From: Candidatus Aminicenantes bacterium
GTDB taxonomy: Bacteria > Acidobacteriota > Aminicenantia > Aminicenantales > JAFGBC01
DNA: 64,000 bases
Assembly: GCA_963702005.1 (NCBI GenBank)
Contig: OY969696.1
Span: 1,024,001 to 1,088,000 of the forward strand
Direction of reading: 5' to 3'
The position numbers and the translations under genes were made by a program. Each line of letters begins with the position of its first letter. Within the stretch, counting starts at the first letter, position 1. Under the pieces are notes generated by a model. The model was not told the DNA's origin. It did not search any database and worked only from the letters and a program-made list of their open reading frames with translations. Of this stretch, positions 18,139-27,662 are shown piece after piece.

Positions 18139-18714
18139 CTATTTGACCAATTGGACTCCGAACAGGGGCTTGGGAGCGGAGTTGTAAGTCTCCATTTCTA
18201 TGGTCGCCGTGCCCGTGGTTTTGTCTCCGTTGAATCGGATCTGGGCGTTTTCGTAGATCCTTCCATCTCCCTTTCCCTTGTTGTTGACGTCCAGCTCGAT
18301 GACCATGTAGGGAAAGCGGCCGTCCATTCTCGCCATGACATCGACGTCCCAGGCCTGTATTTCCGTAAAGAGCATTATTTTTCTTCCGTCTTCCTTGGGG
18401 ATGACTTGGGCCGCATGAATGACGACCTTCAAGCCGCGGGAGCTGGCGAAAACGAGACTCCCTTTATTGGACTGACGGAAAGCCGAGATGAACGGCTCAT
18501 AGCCGTTAAGCTCCAGAATCTGCTGAAGTTTCCAAACTTCCTGGCCGGTCGAGTAGCTTTCGATCGCTATTTGAATTTTGATCGCGGATTCCGAATTGGG
18601 TCCGCCCCGGGTGAGGAGGCGGGCGGTGTATTTCTCTTGGGCCGCTAAAAATCCGCCCAAGCACAGGCTGATGACGATCAGGGCAAAAACCGCACATTGT
18701 CTCCGTAGATTCAT
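18139..18714 (-). CDS. Secreted hypothetical protein
   Basis: ATG 18714 with aggagg RBS and signal peptide; beta-rich body. Confidence 0.7.
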   Translation of the reverse strand: MNLRRQCAVFALIVISLCLGGFLAAQEKYTARLLTRGGPNSESAIKIQIAIESYSTGQEVWKLQQILELNGYEPFISAFRQSNKGSLVFASSRGLKVVIHAAQVIPKEDGRKIMLFTEIQAWDVDVMARMDGRFPYMVIELDVNNKGKGDGRIYENAQIRFNGDKTTGTATIEMETYNSAPKPLFGVQLVK

Positions 18715-18840
18715 GGTCCTCCTTTTTAAGCCCAAAATCTCCTCCCCAATACCCTCAGCAAAATGCATGCCAAATAACAACGGTGTATCCGGTCGATTCG
18801 CCCGCCTTGAATTTACCTTCAATCGAGGACACTTGTCATC

Positions 18841-20919
18841 TCAATCTTCTTTAAAGGAGACGAGCCCGGCCTTCTCGAGGAGCTTGAAAAATCCGGCGAC
18901 CGCGGACACCGTGACCGGCCCCATTTCGGCGGAAACGGCCTGAGTGATATCGAGGAGGCTCCGCCGGCCGTCGGCGAAGTTCAGGGCTTCGTAGGCAGCA
19001 TCCCCTTGGAGCTGAATTCCTTTGGCGGCTTCCTCTCCAAGCTTCTCGCTGAGATAATCGGGGTCGAGAGGTCCGATAAATTTTTCGTCGCGGACGGGCA
19101 CGATCCTGGAGGCGGCCTTGTCCTCGGCCGAAAGAGCCGGCGCCCCGGGTTTTATCCGCAGCTCGCGGCAGCGTCCTTCATAGACGCCCCGCGCCTCGGC
19201 CCGGTAGGCTCCGGCCAAAGTCTCGAGCGGTTTTGTCAGAGGGAGAAGCGATGGGAGCGTTCGGCTCGCCCGGGCCAGAACGGCCGCCGACAGGATGGCC
19301 TTGGTTTCCCGGTCGGCCCCCCGGTCGAGGATGTTGAGCACCTGTCCGTAGGCGGTCAGAAGCGTATCGGCCGACCCGGCGTCGAGCAGGGCCGCCGAGG
19401 CGCCACGGTAGTCGCCCGCCACCCGGTTCGGGCCGCGCCGGGCGACGAGCCGCGCCGTCTCCACGGCTTCGGCGTCGCCCGCCGACGCGAGGTACATGGC
19501 CGCGCCCAGGGCGATGAAGCAGGAGCGGCGGAGCTCGGTCGGGTCGACCTTGTCCATGCTGTCCAGGTTGGTATGGTGGAAGATGTCCCCCCGGTTGAGC
19601 ATGACCGACGGCACCGCCAAAGCGCCGTCGTTGAAGACGATGTGGTCGCTTCCTCCGCTGTAGGGCAGGACCTCGAAGACGAAAGGATGGTCGCTCCCGG
19701 TCAGGCTCTTGAGGTTAAGGCCCTCGGCCAGGCCGGCGAAATCGCCGACGACATCGGCCAGAAAGCTCGGCCGGGACCAGGGCGGGCTGAAGATTTGGAA
19801 ATATCCCGACGTCTTGTGGAAGTCCTCGCCGATCATATCGCAGTTGATCGCCGCGATCGTATTCCGGGTCCGCTCGAGGTAGGCCAGCACGTAAGGGAAG
19901 GTCCCGTTGATCTCCGGGACCCACAGGAAGCGGATGGTGCGGCGCGGCGCCGGGATCGTGCCTTTGTCGACCATTGTCCGCAAGGCCCGGGCCATCTCGA
20001 CCATGCTGCCCGAGCCGCTGGCGTTGTCGTTGGCGCTCGGCGCGGGATGGCAGAGATGGCCGAGGACGAGGACCTCCCGGGCCGGATCCTCGCTACCGGG
20101 AAAGCTGGCCGTGACGACCTCGATCCGGCTCTCGTAGAACTCGGCCTCGACGTCCGCCCGCAGGACGACCCGCTTCCCTTCCTCCAGCATCTGTTTAAGG
20201 CGCCATCCCTGGAGCTTGGAAACGTTGAAGCCGAACCCGAGCTTGTCTCTCTCCTCCCAGCGCGGCCAGATGGCCGTGTACCGGATCATGGCGGGATAGC
20301 CGGGGCGCGTCTCGGGAGAGTACCAGGTCACGACGCCCAAGGCTCCGCGCTTGACAACGGCCTCCCGCAGGACATCCCCGCTGTAGCCCGTCGCCAGGAC
20401 GATCCGTCCTCGGACTTCCTTTCCCCGGTAGGCCTCCTCGCCCAGGCCCGTCCCGACGTCGACGAGCTCTGCCTCGGCGTGCCCGGACCCGCTGTGCTTG
20501 ACGAGAGTGAGCGGGACTTCCCGGTAGGAGCACAGGCGCTCCCGGCCGGGCGACACGAGCCAGAGCTCTCCGGACTTGGCCCTCCAGCCGATGACGGACC
20601 GGCAGGTCGAATAGCGGAGCGTTCCGTTCGAGGGCCAGCCTTCGACGGCCGCGTCGGCGTAGCCCATCCGCGCAAGCTCCTCCTTGATCATGACGGCGGC
20701 GTCATGGAAGCCTTCCGAGGCCTGGACCCGATCGAACCGGGAGATCCGAGCCGTCGCGTCGAAGGCGGCTTCGCCCGAGATCTCGTCGACGAGGGCTTGT
20801 ATGAGCTTCGGCGAGGCCAGCGGCCGCTCGGCGGCGCGGGCCGGCGCCGGGCTCAAGCGCTCCAAACAGAAGCAGAATAAAAGGATGCCCAGGGCTCGGA
20901 TCATTTTTTCTTGGTTCAT
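18841..20919 (-). CDS. M28-family metallopeptidase with PA domain (DUF4910-like)
   Basis: HLCH..PSANDNASG, PEI, INCDMIG, GGSDH, HHTNLD; C-terminal winged-helix-like tail. Confidence 0.85.
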   Translation of the reverse strand: MNQEKMIRALGILLFCFCLERLSPAPARAAERPLASPKLIQALVDEISGEAAFDATARISRFDRVQASEGFHDAAVMIKEELARMGYADAAVEGWPSNGTLRYSTCRSVIGWRAKSGELWLVSPGRERLCSYREVPLTLVKHSGSGHAEAELVDVGTGLGEEAYRGKEVRGRIVLATGYSGDVLREAVVKRGALGVVTWYSPETRPGYPAMIRYTAIWPRWEERDKLGFGFNVSKLQGWRLKQMLEEGKRVVLRADVEAEFYESRIEVVTASFPGSEDPAREVLVLGHLCHPAPSANDNASGSGSMVEMARALRTMVDKGTIPAPRRTIRFLWVPEINGTFPYVLAYLERTRNTIAAINCDMIGEDFHKTSGYFQIFSPPWSRPSFLADVVGDFAGLAEGLNLKSLTGSDHPFVFEVLPYSGGSDHIVFNDGALAVPSVMLNRGDIFHHTNLDSMDKVDPTELRRSCFIALGAAMYLASAGDAEAVETARLVARRGPNRVAGDYRGASAALLDAGSADTLLTAYGQVLNILDRGADRETKAILSAAVLARASRTLPSLLPLTKPLETLAGAYRAEARGVYEGRCRELRIKPGAPALSAEDKAASRIVPVRDEKFIGPLDPDYLSEKLGEEAAKGIQLQGDAAYEALNFADGRRSLLDITQAVSAEMGPVTVSAVAGFFKLLEKAGLVSFKED

Positions 20920-20934
20920 GTCGATTCCCGGAGT

Positions 20935-22953
20935 CTAATCGGTTTTTGTCGAGAATATGGCCAGGAAGGCGTCATTATCCTTCTTCAAGTTTTTCTGGTA
21001 GGGATCGACAACCGGGAAATCGGGGCTGTTCGTCTCCCCGGCGAGATAGATCGAGCCCTGTCCGTCCAGGGCGATGCCGGAGCAGATATCTCGATAGATA
21101 CCGCCCAGCAGGGTGGATAGGCTCAGGCTTTGGCCTTGCGGCGCGACGACGGCCAGGAAACCGTCCAAGCTTCCTTTGAGGCTTCCTTGATAGGGATTCT
21201 TGACGGGGAAATCCAAGCTGCCGGTGGAGCCGGCGACATAGGCCGCCCCGCTCGCGTCCACCGCGATTCGGAGCGCCTGCTCGTTTCCGCGCCCTCCCAA
21301 GTAGGACGCGTAAACGAGGCTTTTTCCGTCCGGCGCCGCCTTGGCGACGAAGCCGTCGTATCCGCCCTTGCGCGTCTTCTGAAACGCGTTCTTGACCGGA
21401 AACGACCCGTTGGTCGCGCCGGCGAGATAGGCCGCGCCGGTCCCGTCGACGGCGACGGCCCATCCGGTGTCATAGCCGGAGCCTCCGAGATAGGAAGAAT
21501 AGACGAGGCTGTCGCCGGCCGGGGATAATTTCGAGATAAAGGCGTCGGTGCCTCCGCCGCCGAACGCCTTTTGAAAAGCGCTCTTGACGGGAAAGGCGTG
21601 GCTAACGGTCTGGCCGGTGATATAGGCGGCCCCGGCGCCGTCCACGGCCAGGCCTGCGCAGACGCTGGAGCCGGTCGATCCGAGGTAGGTGGAATAGACG
21701 AGACTTTTTCCGCTGGCCGCGACCTTGGTGATGAAACAATCCGGGTGGCCGCCGCCCCCGCTGGTCTGATAGGCGTTCTTGACCGGGAAGTCCCGGCTCG
21801 AGGTCCAGCCGCCGATATAGGCGGCGCCGCTTCCGTCGACGGCCAGGCCAAAGCCGCATTCGGCGCCCGCCCCGCCCAGGTAGGACGAGTAGGCGAGGCT
21901 CTTTCCGCTCGGCGCCAGCTTGAGGATGAAGGCGTCCCAGCCGCCCTTGAGCGTCGTCTGGAACGCGTTTTTCACCGGGAAGTGGCGCGATTCCGTCTTG
22001 CCCGTGAGATAGGCGGAGCCCTTCGCGTCCACGGCCATGGACATCCCGCACATCTCGGCGAAGCGGCCGTAGGAGAAGAAAGCCGAATAGACCAGACTCC
22101 GGCCCCCCGGCGCGAACTTGGTGACGAAGACGTCAAGGCGGGGCAGGGTCTGCACGGTCGGAGGGAAATCGGCGCTCAAGGTGTAACCGGCCACGTAGAC
22201 GGCGCCGGTCGGATCCAGCGCCGTCGCAGAGGCGAAATCCGAGTCGGAGCCGCCCAGGTAGGTCGAGGCGACCAGGACCAGCGGGTCGAGGACCAGCTCG
22301 CGGCTCGCGTCGTAGACGCCGACGGCGAACCCGTACTCGCCCTTGTCCGTCGCCCGGAAGGTCGCTTCTACGCTCCGCCGCCGGTTCCCGACGACCTGAT
22401 AGGCCGTCGGTTTGCTGTGGAGGATCCGGGATTCGGGAGTCTCGACGGCCAGGTTCCCTTCGCGGTCCAGGCCGGTCCTCAGGACGCCTTCATAAGCGAG
22501 CCGAATTTGATCGGGCCGGGCGCCCGGCTTGACGATCCAGTCGTACTCTACCCGCCGGCCCGTCCCGTAGACCCTGAGATCGATCCCGTCGTAGATGTTT
22601 TCGTAACGGACGGCCCGGGTCGTGGGGATCCCGGTCCTCCATTCGGATTCGTCGCGGCCGTAGAAATAACTGACGCAATAGCCGGTCGGGTCCTCGGCCC
22701 TGAGCCTGACGTCCGGGTTGGCGTTCCGGAAGATCAGCCTCGAGGCCGCCGACCGCCCGAAGACCAGTCCGTCCCGGGTCAGCCAGATCGTGCCGCCCTC
22801 GCTCCGGGCGTAATAAAGCGCCTTCGAATCGGCCTGGCCGGCGTTGGGGACGAAAAACAACGGGGAGCCGCCGAACTCCACACTCAGCTTCGGCGCCGCC
22901 GATACCGGGATAATGAGTAGTACGATCCCCATGAGCCGGAAAAGAGTTTTCAT
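20935..22953 (-). CDS. SBBP-repeat (beta-propeller) secreted protein, paralog 1
   Basis: N-terminal FVPNAGQ / YDGIDLRVYG / EYDWIVKPGA domain; repeats LVYSTYLGG..D....AVD..G..Y..G.T.S.DFPVKNA. Confidence 0.9.
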   Translation of the reverse strand: MKTLFRLMGIVLLIIPVSAAPKLSVEFGGSPLFFVPNAGQADSKALYYARSEGGTIWLTRDGLVFGRSAASRLIFRNANPDVRLRAEDPTGYCVSYFYGRDESEWRTGIPTTRAVRYENIYDGIDLRVYGTGRRVEYDWIVKPGARPDQIRLAYEGVLRTGLDREGNLAVETPESRILHSKPTAYQVVGNRRRSVEATFRATDKGEYGFAVGVYDASRELVLDPLVLVASTYLGGSDSDFASATALDPTGAVYVAGYTLSADFPPTVQTLPRLDVFVTKFAPGGRSLVYSAFFSYGRFAEMCGMSMAVDAKGSAYLTGKTESRHFPVKNAFQTTLKGGWDAFILKLAPSGKSLAYSSYLGGAGAECGFGLAVDGSGAAYIGGWTSSRDFPVKNAYQTSGGGGHPDCFITKVAASGKSLVYSTYLGSTGSSVCAGLAVDGAGAAYITGQTVSHAFPVKSAFQKAFGGGGTDAFISKLSPAGDSLVYSSYLGGSGYDTGWAVAVDGTGAAYLAGATNGSFPVKNAFQKTRKGGYDGFVAKAAPDGKSLVYASYLGGRGNEQALRIAVDASGAAYVAGSTGSLDFPVKNPYQGSLKGSLDGFLAVVAPQGQSLSLSTLLGGIYRDICSGIALDGQGSIYLAGETNSPDFPVVDPYQKNLKKDNDAFLAIFSTKTD

Positions 22954-23109
22954 CGCGATTCTCCTTTTGGAATGTATTTCCCGATGATATCCTTTTTTCA
23001 ATGCTACAATTCGGACCCAAAATTGTCAACGATCGCCGAGACGTGATCGCCGGAGTTCGATGGCAAATGGAGCCGGGCCCGGAACCGGCCGTCGGGCGGC
23101 CCGAACGCC

Positions 23110-25182
23110 CTAGCGATATCGCGGGGCCGACGATCGAAGGGACGTGCTCCCGTTCGAAAATTTCATGACTACAACATCCTGTTTTCCGGCAAACTTCTTT
23201 TGGTAGGGCATGAGCAGGGGGAAATCGGGGCTGTTGGTCGAGCCGGCGATGAAAATCGTTCCTTTAAGGTCCACTAATATGCATCTTGCGCTATCTTTGT
23301 ATTGGCCGCCTAAATAGGTGGAGTAGAGGAGACTCCGGCCGTTCGGGGAGAGGATGGACAGGAACGCGTCTACGCTTCCGCTGATTTTGTTTTTAAAAGG
23401 CTTTTTGAGCGGCCAGTCGTAACTATAGGTGCATCCGACGATATGGGCCGCGCCGTTTCCGTCCACGGCGATTCCGAACGTATAATCCGTTCCGGACCCT
23501 CCCAAAAAGGTCGAGTAGACGAGGCCCTGGCCGTCCGGAGCGACCTTGGACACGAAACCCTCCAAGCCGCCTTTGCGCTTCGGCTGGAAGGCGTTCTTGA
23601 GGGGGAAAGCCCCGGCGGTATAGCCCGTGATATAGGCGGCTCCGGTTCCGTCGACGGATAGACCGCTCGCCATGTCATAGGCGGGACCTCCCAGATAGCT
23701 GGAGTAAACGAGGGCTTGTCCGGACGGAGCGAGCTTGCTGATGAAGGTTTCGCCGCTGCCGCGGCTCTTGTTTTGAAAAGCGTTCTTGACCGGGAAGTCA
23801 CTCGCGTTGGTGAATCCGCAGACATAGACCGAACCCGAACCGTCGATCGCCATGCCTCCGAGGTAATCAAACCCCGACGATCCCAAGAACGTCGAATAGA
23901 CAAGGCTTTGCCCGTCCGGGCTGAATTTTGAGATGAAGGCGTTGCCGTCACCCGCCAGGGATTTTTGGAGGGCGTTTTTCACGGGGAAGTTCTTGCTGGA
24001 GGTCATGCCGGCGACATAGATGAATCCGCCCTCGTCCAGCGCGACGTATCCTAAGTTATCGATGTCCGATCCTCCGAGGAACGTGGAAAAGACCAGGCTC
24101 TTCCCGTTGGGGGCCAGTTCCAGGAGAAAGGCGTCCCCAAAGCCGCCTCCGAAGGCCTTCTGGAACGCGTTCTTGACGGGAAAATTATGGCTGAAGACGG
24201 CGCCCGCCAGATAAACGGCGCCGGTCCCGGAGACGATGATCGAGGGGGGTGCTCCCTCCGGGTAGCCGGCCGTCGGAAAGAAGGCGGAGTAAATAAGGCT
24301 TTTTCCGTCGGCCGAGAGCTTGGAGACGAACGTATCCTGCCTGGGCTTTGTCTGATGAGCCGGCGGGAAGTCCGAACTTGCCGTGTATCCTTCGACATAG
24401 ACGGCTCCGGTTTTATCGATGCTGATGGAGAACGCTTCATCCCAGCCGCCGCCACCCAGGTAGGTCGAAAAAACCAGGACCACGGGATCGATAACGAGTT
24501 CGCGGCCGTCGTCATAGGGGCCGACGGCGAAACCGTATTCGTCGTTCCCTGTCTTTCGGAACGCCGCTTGGACATCGACCTTGCGGCCGTCGATGACTTG
24601 ATAGCAAGCCGGGCGGCGATGGACGAGGCGGCCCATGGCCGTCTCGGCGACGAGATTCCCCTCCCGGTCTAGGCTCGTCGTTAGAACGCTGGCATAGGCC
24701 CAGCGGATTCGGTCGGGCCTCCCACCGGGCTTGACGATCCAATCGTACTCGACCCGCCTCTCCGCGCCGTAGATCTTGAGATCAATGCCTTCATACAGGT
24801 TCTTATAGGTAACGGACCGCGAGGTCGGCAGGTCCGTGAGCCATTCGGATTCATCCCGGCCATAGAAATAGCTTACCCGATAGTCGGCCGGATCGGAGGC
24901 CGCGACCTCGACGTTCTTGTTGGCGCCGCCGAAAATCAATCGGGATACCGCGCCGTCGTCGAAGGTCAGCCCGTCTCGGGTCAGCCAGAGCGTAGAGTCG
25001 CCGGTTTTCGCAAAAAAGAGCGCCTTTGGATCCGTCTGCCCTGTGTTGGGGATGAAATAGAGAGGAGGGGAGCCGAAGTCGGGCTGGATGCTCATCGGTG
25101 AGGCCGGTCGCCTCCCGCTTGAAAGCGCGAGCGCCGCGCCGCAAACAAGAAAGAGCCCGAGCCAAAGGAAACCTTTTTTCAT
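23110..25182 (-). CDS. SBBP-repeat secreted protein, paralog 2
   Basis: Same architecture and motifs as 20935-22953. Confidence 0.9.
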   Translation of the reverse strand: MKKGFLWLGLFLVCGAALALSSGRRPASPMSIQPDFGSPPLYFIPNTGQTDPKALFFAKTGDSTLWLTRDGLTFDDGAVSRLIFGGANKNVEVAASDPADYRVSYFYGRDESEWLTDLPTSRSVTYKNLYEGIDLKIYGAERRVEYDWIVKPGGRPDRIRWAYASVLTTSLDREGNLVAETAMGRLVHRRPACYQVIDGRKVDVQAAFRKTGNDEYGFAVGPYDDGRELVIDPVVLVFSTYLGGGGWDEAFSISIDKTGAVYVEGYTASSDFPPAHQTKPRQDTFVSKLSADGKSLIYSAFFPTAGYPEGAPPSIIVSGTGAVYLAGAVFSHNFPVKNAFQKAFGGGFGDAFLLELAPNGKSLVFSTFLGGSDIDNLGYVALDEGGFIYVAGMTSSKNFPVKNALQKSLAGDGNAFISKFSPDGQSLVYSTFLGSSGFDYLGGMAIDGSGSVYVCGFTNASDFPVKNAFQNKSRGSGETFISKLAPSGQALVYSSYLGGPAYDMASGLSVDGTGAAYITGYTAGAFPLKNAFQPKRKGGLEGFVSKVAPDGQGLVYSTFLGGSGTDYTFGIAVDGNGAAHIVGCTYSYDWPLKKPFKNKISGSVDAFLSILSPNGRSLLYSTYLGGQYKDSARCILVDLKGTIFIAGSTNSPDFPLLMPYQKKFAGKQDVVVMKFSNGSTSLRSSAPRYR

Positions 25183-25344
25183 TGACCTCTCCGTTCTTAG
25201 ATGTGATAACCCGTTGAAAAGAGGATAGAACTCCGGTCCCTCCTTGTCAAGTTACAAGTCGAGGGGTTGACATCGCTCGCCGGCCGGTCCTATAGTCGTT
25301 TCAGGATGGGCGGCCAAGGCAGTTCTCACCGTCAAGGGGCGAGC

Positions 25345-27660
25345 ATGAAAACTATTCCCTGGGCAAGACTCATGACGGGATTATTCCTCCTCGTCCTGGC
25401 GATCGCGGTGCCGGGCTGCTCGCGGCGGCGGGATGCCGTCAAAGAATTGGCGAATTACGACGTCGTATGGGATCGTCCCGGGAACGATTCCAAGGGATCG
25501 ATGCCCGTCGGAAACGGCGATATCGGCTTGAATGTCTGGGCCGAGGCGGACAGCGGATCCGTCTGCTTCTATATCGGTAAAACCGACGCATGGGATGAAA
25601 GCGGGCGGCTGCTGAAATTGTCGAAAGTAAGGGTCCGGCTCGATCCCAACCCGTTTCGCCCGGGCGCGATCTTCCGGCAAAGGCTGAACCTGCGCGAGGC
25701 CGCCATCGAGGTCGAGGGGGGCGAAGGCCGAACCGGGGCGCGCATTCGGGTCTGGGTCGACGCGAATGAACCGGTCATCCGGATCGAGCTTCATGTCCCG
25801 GAAGGCTGCCGGGTGGCGGTCGGCATCGAACCCTGGCGGCTGAAGCCCGAGGTCCTCAAGGACGAGCTCGTCAGCGGCTTGAACTATTATGCGAACCTGT
25901 TCGGCCCCACCGTCGTCCAGCCCGACACGGTCCTCGATCATCCTTCGAACCGGGTCGTCTGGTATCACCGGAACCCCGAAACTCCGTCCTTTCTGAAAAA
26001 CGTCTCGATGCAGGGTCTGGAGAGTTTTCCGTTCGCCGATCCCCTCAAGGACAGGATCTTCGGCGGCGTCATGGAGGGCGAAGGGTTCATTCAGCAGGAC
26101 GATAAAACCTTGACCGCCTCGACGGGGACGACGAGACGTCTGAACATCCACGTCTTGACGCGCCAGCCCGATACTCCGGAGAATTGGCTGGATGCCGTCG
26201 AAGAACTGCTCCTCCATGTTCGGCAGAAGGGTTGGGCCGAAGCCCGGGCGGCGCACGTCGCCTGGTGGAATGAATTCTGGAATCGCAGCTGGATTTTCGT
26301 CCGGAGCGGCGCTTCGCTGAAGACGACTCAAGGAACGGAAAACGAAGGCCTGGTCGTGACCCGCGCGTATATCCTGCAGCGCTTCATCAGCGCCTGCGCG
26401 GGGAGGGGAAGGTATCCCATCAAGTTCAACGGCTCGATCTTCACCGTTGACGCCGAAGGCACGGAAGGCTTCGCCGATTATCGCCGCTGGGGGCCCGGCT
26501 ACTGGTGGCAAAACACCCGGCTGCCGTATATGTCGATGGCCGCGGCGGGGGACTTCGACCTCATGCAGCCGTTTTTCAAGATGTATGCCGGCCTCCTCCC
26601 GCTCTGCCGCTATCGAACCCGGCTTTATTTCGGACATGACGGGGTTTATTTTCCGGAATGCATCTATTTCTGGGGGACGGTCTTCACCGAAACCTGGGGC
26701 GACAAGCCTCTGGCCGAGATGCCCGAGCGAATCCAAGCCAGCGGCTGGCACAAGTACGAATGGGTCGGCGGGCTGGAGATGGCGGTCCAGATGTTCGACT
26801 ATTATCTCTACACCCAGGACCCGGCCTTTCTCCAAGCAACGCTGCTGCCCTTCGCGGAGGCCGTGCTGACCTTTTTCGACGAGCATTACGGCGTCGACAA
26901 AAACGGGCGCCTCAAACTCTTCCCCTCCCAGGCCCTCGAAACCTGGTGGGACTGTACGAACGCCATGCCCGAGGTCGCCGGCCTGCGCTATCTGATCCTG
27001 AAGTTGAAAACGCTGCCCGCCGGCCTTCTCTCTCCGGGCCGGAAAAACCTGCTCGACCGTCTGGAATCGAAGCTGCCGCCGATCCCGACGCGCGAGGTCG
27101 ACGGGAAGCTGATGCTGGCGCCGGCCGAACGGTTCGCCAAAAAGCAGAACATCGAAAATCCCGAGCTGTATGCCGTCTATCCCTTCAGGCTTTTCGGGAC
27201 TGGGAAGCCCGGTCTCGAACTGGCCGTCCGGGCCCTGGACAACCGCCAGGACATGGGGCATTTCGGATGGAGGCAGGACGACCTCTTCATGGCCCTCCTC
27301 GGATTGACCGACCGGGCCAGGAAAGGGCTGACGGAACGCGCCGGGAAGTGGGATCGAAAACAGCTCTTTCCCGCTTTTTGGGGACCTAACTACGATTGGA
27401 CCCCGGACCAGGATCACGGCGGCGTTTTAACCAAGACCCTTCAGGTCATGCTGCTGCAGTGCGAGGACAAAGACATCCGGCTGCTCCCGGCCTGGCCGGC
27501 GGACTGGGACGCCGATTTCAAGCTCCGGGCGCCCTACAACACGATCCTGGAAGGCCGGGTGCGCGCGGGGAAAATCGTCAAACTCGGGGTGACCCCGCGT
27601 TCGCGCCGCCTCGACATCAAAGAAGACTCCGCATCCGGGACGAAGGCGAAAGGGAATTGA
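25345..27660 (+). CDS. GH95-like (DUF5703) glycoside hydrolase lipoprotein
   Basis: Lipobox-like VPGC, SMPVGNGDIGLNVW, PIKFNGSIFT, YWWQNTRLPY, ENPELYAVYPF, PDQDHGG, LLPAWP. Confidence 0.8.
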   Translation: MKTIPWARLMTGLFLLVLAIAVPGCSRRRDAVKELANYDVVWDRPGNDSKGSMPVGNGDIGLNVWAEADSGSVCFYIGKTDAWDESGRLLKLSKVRVRLDPNPFRPGAIFRQRLNLREAAIEVEGGEGRTGARIRVWVDANEPVIRIELHVPEGCRVAVGIEPWRLKPEVLKDELVSGLNYYANLFGPTVVQPDTVLDHPSNRVVWYHRNPETPSFLKNVSMQGLESFPFADPLKDRIFGGVMEGEGFIQQDDKTLTASTGTTRRLNIHVLTRQPDTPENWLDAVEELLLHVRQKGWAEARAAHVAWWNEFWNRSWIFVRSGASLKTTQGTENEGLVVTRAYILQRFISACAGRGRYPIKFNGSIFTVDAEGTEGFADYRRWGPGYWWQNTRLPYMSMAAAGDFDLMQPFFKMYAGLLPLCRYRTRLYFGHDGVYFPECIYFWGTVFTETWGDKPLAEMPERIQASGWHKYEWVGGLEMAVQMFDYYLYTQDPAFLQATLLPFAEAVLTFFDEHYGVDKNGRLKLFPSQALETWWDCTNAMPEVAGLRYLILKLKTLPAGLLSPGRKNLLDRLESKLPPIPTREVDGKLMLAPAERFAKKQNIENPELYAVYPFRLFGTGKPGLELAVRALDNRQDMGHFGWRQDDLFMALLGLTDRARKGLTERAGKWDRKQLFPAFWGPNYDWTPDQDHGGVLTKTLQVMLLQCEDKDIRLLPAWPADWDADFKLRAPYNTILEGRVRAGKIVKLGVTPRSRRLDIKEDSASGTKAKGN

Positions 27661-27662
27661 TC